Assembly: GCF_006345805.1 (NCBI RefSeq)
Contig: NC_042999.1
Span: forward strand, 164,362,001-164,426,000
Source: Octopus sinensis
Taxonomy: Eukaryota
Direction: 5' to 3'
DNA length: 64,000 bases
This document shows positions 49,339-64,000 of this stretch, piece by piece. The first letter of the stretch is position 1. Each line of letters begins with the position of its first letter. The notes beneath the pieces were generated by a model. That model was given only the letters and a program-made list of their open reading frames with translations. It was not told the origin of the DNA and did not search any database. A program made the position numbers and the translations under genes.

Positions 49339-52300
49339 CCGTCCCACCCATGCCAGCATGGAAGGTGGATGTTAAATGATGATGATGATGATATATAGAT
49401 GTGTGTGTGTGTGTGCACTTGGCTTAGTGGTTAGGGTGTTGCATTTACGATTGTGAGATCATGATTTCAATTCCTAGACTGGGTGGTGCATTGTGTTCAT
49501 GAACAAAACACTTCATCTCCCGTTGCTTTGCAATCACTTCAACACCTGATGCGTGGTACACCTGGGTGCACCTGTTCAGACAATGTCGATTCGATGAAGA
49601 GAGAGTGAACTAATGTGTGGCATGACCATTTAATCACTATAAACGAATCACCTGTGCAGGTTGCTTGGCAAAAGCTGAATGCTAATACGTCGTCTTTGAT
49701 GGGACAGTCCATCATATTTGTTGGGGGGGGGGTAGGAGAAGGAGTTTGTGTTTGTACCCACCTCTTACACTGCTTGGCAACCAGTGTTGATATGTGTACA
49801 TCCTTCTAAGTTAGTGGTTTGGCAAAAGAAATAGAATAAGTACTAGACTTTAAAAAAATAGGCAGTAGGGTTAATATGACTAAAATTCTTTAAGATATTG
49901 CTCCAGTATGGTCACATTTCAATAAAGTAAAGGATGTAAGATAAAAAATAAAGAAGAAAAATATCTTTAATTTTTTTTTTATCAGTTAAGAATTTTAATG
50001 CCAAAAAAAAAAAAAGAAAATGACAATACACATTGACGCTTTGCATGCCAGTTAAACATGAAAAGTTAGTCCACATATGGTCCTTTTAGGACACATGGAA
50101 CCCAAAATTTGTTCCTGTCTAGCCAAGACAAGAAAAGGCTTAACATGGAACAGAAAAAAAAAAAAGATACACATAAAAATAATGTTTAAAAAAATGGAAG
50201 AAAAAATAGTAAAATCTTTATTAAACAAGGAGGAAAGCTTTTAGTGTATGTTTTACAGTTAAAATATGTTTGCAGTCAGTTTTATTTCACTCAGCAGTTG
50301 GACTTACATTGCCTCTTATTTAGTTTTGGTTGCTACATAAGGGAGTGTGTGTGTTTGTTGGGAATCAGTATATTTAACAGGACACATAGCAATGTTTTTT
50401 ATATCAATCAGACATATTAAGATTTTAATTTATTAATCTGAAATATTTTTCTCTTTTCCTTCCTTCTTGTAGAGTTTTGTAAAGATGACAACTGCTGGGA
50501 GAGAATATATCCCAGTGATAAAAATTTAGGGAGCTACTTTTGTAACTTCAGCTCACTAATACAGTACAAAATGCAAAGACTACTTTTTATGTCCATTATC
50601 CTATGACAGTGATGTCTTAAGGGTGCACCTTCTTGTTGTCCTTCTATAACCTCCTAGATATAATTGGCTGAGATACGAGACACCTCTTCAAATGTCTTCA
50701 TATTCTATTAGATTATAAAAGAACTATTATTAGCTTTGAAAAACTCAGTTATATTCAGGGAATTATAAAGATAACCTGGAGAGTATTTACTGGTTGTTAT
50801 TTTAAAATCCTCAAAACTATTTTCAGTGACATGCCAGTAGTTGTATTTATTTAGGCAAAAGGCCAAAAACATTTAGCGTGGGATAAGTCAATACTGTAGA
50901 CCTCAGTATTTTCACTGGTACTTTATTTCATCAATTCTGGAGGGATGAAAGACAAAGCTGACCTTGGCAGGATTTGAACTCAGAATATATAGAGCCAGAA
51001 CAAATAATGCAAAGCATTGTTTTTCTGATACTCAAATGGTTTTGCTAGCTAATTGCTTTCTAAATGCAAGGTCAGCAGTTTAGAAGGGGAGAGGGCAGAT
51101 AAATATCAACTCCAGTAGAGACTAGTACTTTATTTTATTGGCTCTGAAAAGATAAAAGGCAAAATTGACCTCAGTGTGATTTGAACTCAGGATGTAAAGG
51201 GTTACATGATATACTGCAAAGTATCTTTCATAATGATTCTGCCAGTTTGTTGCCCTCATTATGATAATTGTTTCTAATCCAGGCAGAAGGCTAACACTTC
51301 TGAGGGACTGGCTAAGTCCACTTACAATGTCTCAAGTGTTGGTTTGAATTATAAAGCAGTGGTGGCCATTTAACACCTGATGGTCACAACAACATTGGAT
51401 GGTCTATGGAAATTCTATCAGTTTATTAGCAGTGCATCTGAAGCATTATGGTTAGTTGTGTTGCTTCAAGAAGAATCTTCACATCTTTGGTCAAATGAGT
51501 CTTGTCTATTCCAAGGAGGTCTTCACTTTATTTAGTTGAAAAAGTTGTAAAAGTTCATTTCAGACAAACCTGATATAACAAAGTTAAGTTTCCCTATAAC
51601 TGAGTCCGAAGCAATATTAAATCAGTTAAACAATAATAACCTACCTATTATGCATTTTATAGAGAGAATAAATGACAGAACCAGTAAAAGTGTTCAAGGG
51701 AGGCTACTACAGTTTAAAGAAGGGAGATAACTTAATGTATTTTCGTTTATATATTTAAATTTCGCTGTGGGTTTTCCTACTCCAGATAATCGACTACGAA
51801 TCTGTTATAGTTATTGCTTCGTACAAGAAGCAAGATGTTAAACATACAAAAACCAAAAAGAAGAAAACGTAAAAAGGTCTTTACAACAGTATAACAGTTA
51901 TTATCATAAAGGCAATTCTGTATAGGAAAAATATTGTTTCATTTGTCTTTTTCAAAACCTGTAATTACACTACAAGTGTAATAATTAGAGCTACAATAAT
52001 GTTGCTGGCTGTGTTGATGAAGTAACTTATTTATCGACGTTGTATTTGGTATTAGGGTAAGAAATGAAATTGTGCCAGACATACACATAGAAAATAACTG
52101 AACATCTGGTGAAGTGAATATAAATATATTATCGCGAATATGAGTAATTTATAATTAACATGAATGCAGCAAGGTATCTATATTATGAAATGAATAGTGT
52201 TTAAAGAAAGAATGGTACATCATAAAATCTGAAATGGGGTTTAGAAATATCATATATTGATATCCTTTGAAAGATATATTTAAATTCTATGTAAAAATAT

Positions 52301-54894
52301 ACCCAAAAGTAAATCTATTTATTTCTTACATTTTTTCTTCTTTCTGCTTTGTTTTGCTTTCCCAGCAACACTTACATATTTCTGCTGTGTCAACAAATAT
52401 AACTCCTTTTTAGTACATAATAAAATACAGGTTTAATTAAGGTAATATTTGCTGTGATAAACTTTGAGCACGTACTTATTGCTTTTGTCATAAAAAAAAT
52501 AAAGAGGAAAAAAAAAGACAAGCAGGAAATGCATAATACATAGTAACAAAGCAAACCGTGTCTATTGTCTAATTTAGCACTAAAGTGAACATAACTGAAG
52601 TGGTCTAATATTTGTAGTCACAGTCCTTGTCTAAAGAAGGCAGCTGATGTTTACATAAGCCACATTTTCTTATATTATCTCTGATCTATTGATTCAGAAG
52701 AGAAAAAAGTTTAATAAAAAATAAAAATAACAAATCATTTTTTTCACAATCTCTCAGCAAACCCGTGTTTTACCTTCATTTGAGAAATCTAAGATTACAG
52801 GTGTATAGATAGATCTATACAGGTGTATAGACAGATCTTCTCGTGTGTGAATCTTATGAATTCTCCAAAAAGAAGGATTTTATTGCATTTGATTTATTGA
52901 AGGTTGTTATTATTTTTAAGTAACAGTAAAAGCCAAAAAGGATTTTGACTTTGCATTCTTCTGTCCTGTGTCCTCATGATTCATTGCTGTAAACAAAGGG
53001 ATTTTTTTTCACTCATTTCAAGTTCAGAACAAAGGGTTCAGTAGAAAATGGGAAGGCAAAAGATTATATTCTTTCCATTGCGTTGTGCAACTCAATCTGA
53101 CTGCTTAATAGAAAAATAAAGAGGAAGGAAAATATGGCAGCTGAGAGATGAAGAGTGAGAGATCAAGGGGAAATGTTAATAATGACATATCACATAATGA
53201 AGATAATGAATGTAGGTGATGTAGGTAGCTGCTGGATTTAGATAGGAATGTATAGAGGAGTCAAAGAAGGAGAGATGAAAGTAAGAATATTATGAGATAG
53301 AAGCTGTAAAAGCTGGAATACTTGTTCAGATGATGAACATCAATTTCATGTTTCATTTAAGAAATGAGTACATTAAAATAAATGAAGTTGAAAAAATATA
53401 TATATAGTTTTTGAAGAATAAAAGGAACAAAAAAACAGTCAGCAATTAATAAGATGAGGAATCCAGAGCAAATTAAATGTGGAAAAAAACCTGCAGCTTT
53501 TGGAATTCAAATTGAAAGTAAATAGGAGATACCTTTAATTAAATACCACCTTATACAATTATCCAATTCATTTGATAATATTCAGTGTAGTTACATAAAT
53601 AGCTTCCGTACAAAATGTCAGCAGATTGGGAGATTATTCAAACTAAAATATTTTTGCTACTGCCCAAACCTAGAAACTTAGCAATCTTAGATGCAAATCA
53701 ATTTCTTTATTTGATAAGTAAATAAGTGAACTGTAAATGCATTCTTCATTACAAGTGATACCTATTTGTAACTTTTTCTTTAAGATCTCCTTAACTTGCT
53801 GATTTCTAGCTTGAGAACTTCAACAATTATCAACTGCTACAAATAGTCCTTCCTAACTATGTAAAATACCACTGTTTATTTCATTCCATTTGAATTTCAG
53901 CAGAAAGAAAAGTAATATGAATCTGTAATTCAATGCTATAAAAATGGAATCTTAGCAACAGGTTTCTTTCTGCTTCTTGTTCCAGCTAATTTGTTGTAAG
54001 GTAAAATAAGATATGATCTTTAACAGTGACTGCAACTGAAACTCTTGTTAGTAAAAGATGAGTCAGACTAGCAGTTAGAAGAAATTAGAAAAACCAAATT
54101 TTGATTTCTCTTTTCTGGTATCTCAAAGGAACATAGTAAATAATTTCTAGTGATTTATGGTAAGTAGAAAGGGAAGTGGATGAAAGAAGAAAGAGATGAG
54201 AGAAGATGACAGGAGAGATAAAGATAATAAAATATTGAAGTACAAACTTCTAAAAAGTTAAGGAAATAAAAATATTTTAAAAACTACTCAGAAGATCTAT
54301 TTCAGAATTTTTAAATTCTGAAAACTCTACTTTTAGTCTGGTTTTATAATGTTTTCATATTTCCAGGGAGGGAGGAAACTAAAGATGAAAAACATTTTGT
54401 TTTCTAGAAAGAATTTTACAGGGTGGAAAATGGGGGCAGGTAGGGTGGGGGAAACAAAAACAAACTAAAACCCCCAGCAAACAGTAAGTTAGTCATGAAA
54501 TTTTAACAATTATTTAACAAAATATTTGAAAAGCATTTAAAAAATAGCACTTTTTGGAAAAAAGCTTGATAAAATGCCAAAGAAAGCAGCTTAACAATAG
54601 GTATCAGTGTCAAGATGGAGCAGCTGGGGTAGAGAGTATTCTAGCTGCTATAACATTGACTGTAGAAACCTTTGAAATCTCTAAAGCCCTCCCCTCCTGT
54701 GAACAGTTGTGTATCACAGTTAAGAATTGGATTATTCAATTGAGAATGTTAGTTTTGAATTTGAATTAAGAAAATTTTAAAATTACTTTAGCAAATAGTA
54801 AAATTGAAATGAAGTTAAAGAACAAGAATGGCAAGAATACAGATCTACAATTACATAATAGTAATAATAATAATAATAATTATAAAAAAAGAAA

Positions 54895-55104
54895 TATGTG
54901 TGTGTGTTAGCTTATTATAGATATATGTATATATATATATATATATATATACATTTATGTAAAAATATATATGTGTGGTGTGTATATGTATTATACACAT
55001 ATGTATATGTATATATGTATATATATGTGTGTTTATATATATGTTTATATATATATATAGGTATATATATATGTGTGTATATATACATACGTATATATAT
55101 ATGC

Positions 55105-55157
<53 letters not shown>

Positions 55158-55830
55158 TACACATACATATATATTTATGTATATATACCTATATATATAT
55201 ATATACCTATATATAATATATATAATACATATATATATATATCATACATATATATATGATACATATATATATAATACATATATATACATATATATATATC
55301 ATACATATATATATATATATATATATTCATATAAATACATACATATATATATACATATAGGTGTATTACATGTAATATATATATGTATATACATATATAC
55401 ATATATATATATATATAGGTGTATTACATATAATATATATATATATTATATATATATGTATATATATGTTTTGTATATAATATATACATATATTATATAT
55501 AGATAAAATATATATGTATGTATTATACATGTATAATATATAAATGTATTATACATATATCATATATATATTATAGATATATAATATATATATATATGTA
55601 TTATATATATGTATATGTACTATATATATGATATATATATGTATACATACTATATGTATGACATATGTTTGTGTGTATTGTATACATATATATATACATA
55701 CATATAGAGACATATATATGTGTGTGTATTATATGTATATGCATATATATATATACACACATACACATACATATATGTATATATACATATATGTATGTGT
55801 GTATGTATATATGTATGTATATATCTTTGT
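54895..55830. repeat. Large degenerate (TA)n/(TG)n/(CA)n microsatellite field
   Basis: About 0.9 kb of alternating purine-pyrimidine repeats. Similar fields at 56250-56510 and 61090-62100. Confidence 0.97.
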
Positions 55831-56308
55831 ATACATTTGCGCATGTAAATTCTATGGCAGAAAGAATGCAGTCATCAAGTTCTTGGTGATTAAATATTTT
55901 TTCTTAATTTTTTTTCATCAGGTATTTTCCTTTTTTCTTTGTGTTTTGTTTTATAATAAGAATAATAATATTGCTGTCTAGCACTTCAACTCAACATGCC
56001 ATTCATTAACATTGACAAGATGATTGATTTCATTCAAGCATTATACAATACAATTAGTTTTTGGGCCCAAGAGAATTTTCTCAGAAACAAGCAAACAAAT
56101 GGTTGTCTGTCAAGACCTTCATCTTTTGTTCAGAACATTAAATATGTTGTTAGAATTACAGCCAAGTGTTGAAGAAGTACTGTCAGAGTTTTGAAAATAA
56201 AGTTTTTCAATTGTTCTAATGAGTACTTACTTAAATCTGAAACATTTCCATATATATATATATATTATATATATAATATATATTATATATATATATATAT
56301 ATAGATAT

Positions 56309-56419
<111 letters not shown>

Positions 56420-57172
56420 TAGATAGATATATACATACATATATATGTATATATATATATATATATATGTATTATTATTATTATTATATTATTATTATTA
56501 TTATTATCCATACTCTGACAATGGCTTTCAATATTTTGGATAATATTTTGCTGGTGTTTTCTTGTTTTTACCAATTCAATCATCTTTTGAAATTTACAGC
56601 AGGCTGGAAATAGTAAGACACTTAAATTTTGACAAATTCTCATATCATCTTCTCTGAAGATGATATTTTTATGTTTTCCTTTTTATTATTATTTTTTGTT
56701 TTTATACAAGTCAGAGGCAGAAATAAACAGAAGTTAATACAAGGATGAGAACATTTTAACCAAAAAAATAAATGGTTTAATATCAATTTCTTCTTTTTAT
56801 AGATTTTTTCCATTTTTAAAATTTTTTTTTCTGTATTTTGAAGAGGCAGTTTGGGTTAATGCAAATTGAAACAAATGAAGAATATTGAAAAATATTCCAT
56901 CAAAATTCATTGTTAGTTAATAGTCAAGAATTTGTTGGTTTCGAAAAGGTTTGAGTGTAGATGTTGTGTTGGTAACACAAATAAACATTATAAAGAAAAA
57001 TAGTTAAAATAAAAATAAAAATAAGGATTTTTGTACATTGGGCACATGGCCCATAAATTTGTTGAGGGAGGGTATAACTGACTGGATCATCCTCAGTACA
57101 TGTCTGGTGCTTATTTTATCAAATTTTGAGGGATGAAAGGTGTACTGAACTCTGGTACAATTCAAACTCAGA

Positions 57173-57177
<5 letters not shown>

Positions 57178-57222
<45 letters not shown>

Positions 57223-57268
57223 TGATGATAATGAATAATAATAATAATAATAATGATGATGATGATGA

Positions 57269-57306
<38 letters not shown>

Positions 57307-57347
57307 TAATAATAATGATGATAATGATGATGATAATAATAATAATA

Positions 57348-57397
<50 letters not shown>

Positions 57398-57478
57398 ATA
57401 ATAATAATAATAATAATGATGATGATGATAATGAATAATATAATAATAATAATAATGATGATGATGATAATAATGATG

Positions 57479-57518
<40 letters not shown>

Positions 57519-57550
57519 TGATGATGATAATGATGATGAATAATAATAAT
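57178..57550. repeat. Compound (AAT)n/(GAT)n microsatellite
   Basis: Seen directly. It accounts for the spurious poly-I/S/L ORF 57004-57573. Confidence 0.97.
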
Positions 57551-57910
57551 ACTAGGCTTGAAGCTTTAATCAATGGGATTTTGTAGGTTGTTCAAGGAAT
57601 CAATGCAATGTATCTTTCAACAGTAATGATGGGTTATGTTGAGCAGAGGAAGATGAAAACAAACAACAATGATGAAACATTAAATAGGATCAGCCCACAT
57701 GTGAGTCTTCATCATATGACAATAGGTTAGCCCAGATAAATACATAATGTGTATCTTACAAATAAACGGGCTGGAGTGCATCCAAATTTGATACACAGAC
57801 ATTACTAAAGGAGGAAGAGTGTTAACAGGGGTGTTGCTCTTCCACTCTTATGTCATATGAGAAAATGAACTTGTAAACCCTCATATTAAGGTTTTGGAAG
57901 AAATCAGGTA

Positions 57911-58018
57911 AGAGAGAGAGAGAGAGAGAGAGAAATAGATAGATAGGGGGAGAGAGAGAAATAGATAGAGAAATAGATAGATAGATAGATTGATAGATAG
58001 ATAGATAGATAGATAGAT

Positions 58019-58057
<39 letters not shown>

Positions 58058-58082
58058 TATATATATAGAGAGAGAGAGAGAG
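57911..58082. repeat. (AG)n/(AGAT)n microsatellite
   Basis: Seen directly. Confidence 0.97.
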
Positions 58083-59549
58083 CAAAGTTTTGAAAGTAGC
58101 TATAAATTGAAAGAAATGATGAAGTTGTTAGTGAGATTTCAAATATACTAACATTTGTTGGGAGGTAATATCAGTTGTTTGAAGATAAGAAATTTTGCAG
58201 TCAGTTCTGCTACAATGAAGTGGCAATTGAATTTGCTGTGTACAGATCTATGGTTCAAATCCCACCACAGTTTCGCTTATGTTGCTTTTATATTGTTAGG
58301 ATAGAAAAAAAGAAAGTTAGTGACAGTTGAATGCAGTGGTGTTGCATAGGCTGGATGGGTCAGATGTTACATATAGCTGTTAAGTAGCGACTCACAGCTT
58401 CAGTTTCAAATCCAAGGCTATCTTTGGATAGATAAACCTACATTAAACTTGAAGCATATATTAAACTAGGTGAGATGTCTTGCATCTGGTTAACTCTGTG
58501 AAAATTGAGATTAACCAATAACAACACATGCTTATAAAAATTACACTTAAATTTCACACACGCACATACACATGAGTGTGTGTGTGTGTGTGTGGTGTAC
58601 ATACATATATATAAGATAAAGTTTACTAAAGGACAGATAATTAGAATTAAACACCAACATTAGTGTACAAGGCATTGTACTATAGCATTTGATACTTAAA
58701 TTTAATAATATTCAATGTCCACAAAAGTCACAAATAACGATACAGGTGACAAAAAAAATAGCCTATTAATGGGAGGGTTGTAAGGTAGGTAGAGAATAAG
58801 ATGACAGCTGATTAAATGTAATATTAAATGTACAGAAATATCAAATAGCAGCTGATGAGGTGATATATGAAAATATATCAACAAATATATTTGCAGAAAT
58901 GTTTGTAGATATACAATAAAAGTAACAACACTATCATCTGATTTTTTAATCTCCATTTGAGAACTTATTCAAACATATGCAGTGGTACATACATGTGTAA
59001 TACTTCAAACATCTGTCGTAATATCTTTAAGCGTAGAAGTCTAGACATGTGAAGCAGACGAAATACGAGAAATGGGGCAAACATATGCAGAAGTCTTAAG
59101 CAATGAACAGGATGTAATATCAGCTTCAAATTTTGGCACAAGGCCAGCAATTTCGGGGGAAGGGGCTAAGTTGATTAGATTGACCTCAGTGCCCAACTGG
59201 TGCTTATTTCATTCACTCTGAAAGGTCAAAGTTGACCTGGATGGAATTTGAACTCAGAATGTCAAGATGGAAGAAATGCCATTAAGCATTTTTTCCAGTG
59301 CAGTAACAATTCTACCAGCTGACCACCTTGAACAGGATGTAATCTCAACAAAATCAGAAGTGTGAGGTGAAGTGGTATTAGCAAACCAGCTGATTCATAT
59401 CGTGTTCAGTGATTCATATCTTGTTTCAGCGTCAGACAATGTTTATGCTAAGGTACTTAACTTTCAACAGTCCACTACACTTAACAGTGCTGTGATTACC
59501 ATGTTCTGTGTTCATAACTCCAAACAATCCAGTTCGTCTAGTTGTAAAT

Positions 59550-59886
59550 CAGTGGTTCTCAACTGGGGCCCATATTGGCCCTGAAGGTCCATATAAGATT
59601 TTTGTGGATACACAAAACAAGATAGTAAATTGAGGACCCAAAATAGTATTTACAGGGCCCCTGAAAAACTTTTGCTTTAGATGCTGGTATTGGTACAATG
59701 CTAGGTTTCTTTAACATTTTATGTGTAGTTCAACCTACACAAGTTAATGTATGAAAATCAAAATAGGAATTTTGAAATAAGCTTCTATAAAACTAGTTTT
59801 TAAACATCATATGACTATGGGGTGTCCACTAGAGGTAAAATAGTAATCAAAGGGGTCCATAGGTAAAACATGGTTGAGAGCCCCTG
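59550..59886. mobile_element. hAT-type MITE (related composite copy ~46451-46984)
   Basis: cagtggttctcaac ... gttgagagcccctg TIRs and a partial 8-bp TSD (ttgtaaat/cagtaaat). Internal homology to 46451-46984. Confidence 0.78.
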
Positions 59887-61090
59887 CAGTAAATTGATAC
59901 AATGTGGAAAAAAAAGGAACAAAAAACAAGCAATTTTAAGTGGCAGGCATACTATACAGTTAATGAGTTTTCCATTGTCTTTTAGCTATGATTCAACTCC
60001 TGCCTTGAAGTTGAAGCTTGCTGGAACATATTAACAAAACATTATTAGTTAACTGGAATATCAATAACCAACACGATATAGAACAATCTTTATAAAATAC
60101 TAATAACAACTTCACATTTGCTTTTCAGGAGTATAAATGTTGTACTGTGACAGTCATGCCTTTTCAAGAGTAGATATTTGAAAACACTAGTTGCTAGGAA
60201 CAACTTAAAAGAAACTAATTTAGAATTGGCTCTCAATTGATTTGAAGCAATATTACTCAAAAGCACCCCCCCCCACGAAAACATGCACGCATGCATGTAC
60301 ATGTACACACACACACACACACACATAATATATATAACTTGATTTAAAAAGTATTTTATTTCTGAGCAATTTAAAGAATTACACAGACTGTATAGGATAT
60401 ATGTACTGTTTGGATTTTTTTTACTCCTTCCATTTAGCTGAGGATGATGTGTTGTTTAGGGTTAGGGTTCAACAAAACTGCTCCAGATGAACATTCAGTG
60501 TTTTATGAGAATAGTGCATCCAGAACCAGATTATCTAATATATTCTTCCTTTTTAACAAATGTGACTCATGTACAACAGTGGTTTCTAGCCTTTAGAACC
60601 CTATGAGCTGTGTTCAAAGTACTTAAAAAACTGCAGAGTATAATTTACTCAGATTCATTTAATCATTTAACTATACAAATTGTTCAAATGTCCAATGAAA
60701 CTGGGAAAACTTGAGTTAGTTACTAAAATTGGTCTATTGAGTAAACAGACCTTGCAACAGCCCAAGCTCCAACAGAGAATTCATTTAACAGGGGGATCCT
60801 TCAGAGCGAAAAGGTTAGTAACCACTGATACAGTGGCTTGTCAACTGGCTCATTTAACGACATACTAGTGATAATCATTTGATTTACTGTGACATATTCT
60901 GTGACTTGTAGGCAAAAAAGACAAAAAAAATTAAGTTTCATCATGCTGTAATTAACATATGAAGGGAGAGAGGATCTAAAATAGAAGGCAATAGACAAAG
61001 GAAATGAACACCAAAATCCAAAAGAGATGAAAATAAACAGTTGAGCCACAAGGGGTAAATTCAGATTATAGCAAAATCTTAAAGCTACAA

Positions 61091-61149
<59 letters not shown>

Positions 61150-61542
61150 GTATATATTATATACATATATATATATTTGATTTTGATTTTTCCAGTTTCA
61201 GCTAATGAGCTGTGGCCATGCTGGAGCACCGCCATTATATATTATTATATATATATTATATTATATATATATTATATATATATATATATATTATATTATA
61301 TATATTATATTATATATATATTATATATATATATTATATGTATATATAATATATATAAATATACATACATGTAAATATATAATATATATATGTACATTTA
61401 TATATATTTTATATATATACATATAAATATATATATTTATATATGTACATATATAAATGTATATATATTTAAGTATATATATTTATATGTTTATATATAT
61501 TTATATGTGTATATATACATTTATAATTATATGTATATATAT

Positions 61543-61599
<57 letters not shown>

Positions 61600-61871
61600 A
61601 TATATAGATATATAGATATATATAAATATGTATATATATAAATATGTATATATATATATATATATACAAAATATATATATATGTACAAATATATATAATC
61701 AATAATATGAAGGGTAAAATTAATTAATCAATTATTATTTAATAATTTTACCAAGTAGTTTGGTATGTTAAAAGAACCACATATATATAAGTTTTATGAG
61801 AATAGTGCATCCAGAACCAGATTATATATATGTGTGTATATATATATATATATACCTAAAAATATATATAT

Positions 61872-61928
<57 letters not shown>

Positions 61929-63553
61929 TATATATAATATATATATATATATACACATATATATGCATGTGTTCATACACATATGCATATACATATGTAC
62001 ACATCCTTTCATATATATATATATACACATATATATACATATATATGCATACACACATATGTACATATGCATACATATATACACATATTTACATGCACAA
62101 AGACACAGTTACTCATGCACACACACACAGATTCACATATACACATAACAGGCATAACACCATTTGGTTAATGATCTTTCATTCACAGAATGAGTCGCAC
62201 TCACCAATATGTGCAAATGAGTCGGCTTGATAAATGAAGTAGAAAAAAATGGGGAATTGAATTTTGAGAGAAAGAAAAGGCATAAGAACACACAGCAAAC
62301 TATGAATATATAAAAGTGAGCAGTGAGGCTCAGTTATAGTGGCAATATCTCCCCTCATCAGTGTAACTGTTACTCAATCTGCCATCTTTCTGATGCAGTC
62401 CTTGGTGAATCTGTCTTTGTTCCATCTTAGTATCAAAGGCAGAAATTTGATGTGGCTAATATTCCTCTACTTATATATCAAAATATAGAGAAAAATTATC
62501 CATGTTTTAATTTTTAGTTTTATGTTGACTAAAGAATTAAGATTAGTTGTGTGGGAAGATTTAATTTAATTTTTACTCAAGCATTCTAGTATCTATACAA
62601 AACAGTGTTGATTCTCAAAAAAGAGAAGATTTGTAACTGTTCATCAGAGTTTGGCCAGAACCAATATTGGTGAATGCCACAAATACTTAAGGGATGGTTA
62701 TAGCTGTTGGTGATCCTTTGAGTCTGAGAAAGATGATTCTGCAATTTCTTTTGAACAACCTGCACAGAGAGTTTGTATATAGCAATAAAATATTCATATG
62801 GTACATTAATCCACACTTTCTATCAAATTGACAATGCCTGAACAGGTGTGACACACGTCAGCTGTTGAAGTGATCACAGAGCAACATGAAATGAAGTGTC
62901 TTTGCTCAAGACATTGCCTGGTCCATGAGTTGAAACCATGATCATGAGATTGTGGTAAGGTACATGGGTGTAGCTAGGGTGGGGAAAGCAGGGAACATTC
63001 CTTGGGTGCCACTTTGAGGGGCACACAAATTTGACCAAGATCATTTTCAAATTAAGCCATTTTTATGCGAGTTTCCACTTTTTGGTTGGCAGGAGGCGCA
63101 ATTTTGATGCTATGCCCCTGATAAGGAATGGTTATCTTAAGTTGAATAGGTAAATGACAGGTGGTAAAAAAAAGAATTTAATCTCGACAACAGTAACCTA
63201 TGAAAACAAAATCTTTGACAAGGACAAAAGTAGTAAGTAAATGGTTTGTATATTTAAATAGTCCCTACAATCAAAGTGACAACAAAAGCAACAGTTAAAC
63301 CATTACTACCAGATGTCACTATAAATATGCAAAATACTACCACCTGATATCCTGTCTAAATACTTAACACCACCAAATGTCAACAAATATATTCTTTTCT
63401 ACTCTAGGCACAAGGCCTAAAATTTTGGGGGAGGGGGCCAGTCGATTAGATTGACCCAGTATGCAACTGGTACTTAATTTATCGACCCTGAAAGGATGAA
63501 AGGCAAAGTTGACTTTGGCAGAATTTGAACTCAGAACATAAAGACAGACAAAA

Positions 63554-63590
63554 TGTTTTATGTTTCGAGCATAGCTCTTCATCAGAAACA
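63554..63590 (-). ncRNA. Minimal hammerhead motif, same repeat family (~63554-63730)
   Basis: Minus strand TGTTT-CTGATGA-A-GAGC tat GCTC-GAAA-CAT-A-AAACA. Intact core and 5-bp helix I. Confidence 0.72.
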
Positions 63591-64000
63591 GGAAAGTCCA
63601 AAGGGAAAGAAGGAAGAAGGAGGGAAAATCGCCAATAGTTTTTGCGGTTACATTTCTGAAGTGACCAGGAGTAGAAGGAGGAAGAGAAAGTGCTTTCTGG
63701 GACAGGAGAGTGTGAAGATGGCTGGTATGTGTGTGTGTGTGTGGTAGCATGTGTATATTATGGTAGCATATGTATGTGTGTATGTGGTAGTAACTGCTTG
63801 TGTGTGTGCATGTGGTGGTAATGTTGTGTGTAAGGTGTGTGTGTGTGTGCTTGCATTTGTGTGAGTAGTCTGTGTGTGTGTGGGAGGATTTGTGTGCATG
63901 TGTGTTTATGTTGCTTGCCTACAGACACACACACACATAACATTCATGTCACACTTTAGACAAACATGTAATAAAACTGGAAGATTCAGAGGTTTAATTA

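Noticed and set aside
58852-58885. CTGATGA followed by a GAAA-looped hairpin
   Set aside because: GAAA is in the hairpin loop rather than 3' of helix II, and there is no helix I. Not a hammerhead topology.
58965-59120. LHM-repeated short ORF on the minus strand
   Set aside because: Its start lies in a SINE, and removing the SINE gives an in-frame stop shortly upstream. Likely a decayed short repeat.
60455-60470. TTAGGG x2
   Set aside because: Only two units, too few to call an interstitial telomeric repeat.

Overview
AT-rich, repeat-dense metazoan genomic DNA. The SINE families and microsatellite load resemble coleoid cephalopods (Octopus-like); this assignment is an inference. The only clear host gene is the 3' part of a + strand PRKX/PKA-C3-type kinase: four exons at 30118-30213, 31628-31685, 34809-34886 and 37912-38037, ending in FTDF*. 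No upstream kinase exon was found in the first 30 kb. The rest is intronic/UTR/intergenic sequence filled with tRNA-derived SINEs, decayed RTE and CR1-like LINEs, three mariner remnants, a hAT transposase fossil, TTAA- and hAT-type MITEs, fold-back palindromes, mini/microsatellites and a 100-N gap. Most notable: (1) several hammerhead-ribozyme-like motifs, including one with a long, fully paired helix II in the presumed kinase intron; (2) a 5S rRNA copy sitting where the tRNA head of a SINE should be; (3) a candidate alternative terminal exon that would replace the kinase AGC tail; (4) an indel-free 48-bp degenerate repeat with an open hydrophobic 16-aa-periodic frame; (5) a 35-bp templated copy inside a (TA)n tract. 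Repeat boundaries are approximate, and all structures were read by eye, not computed.
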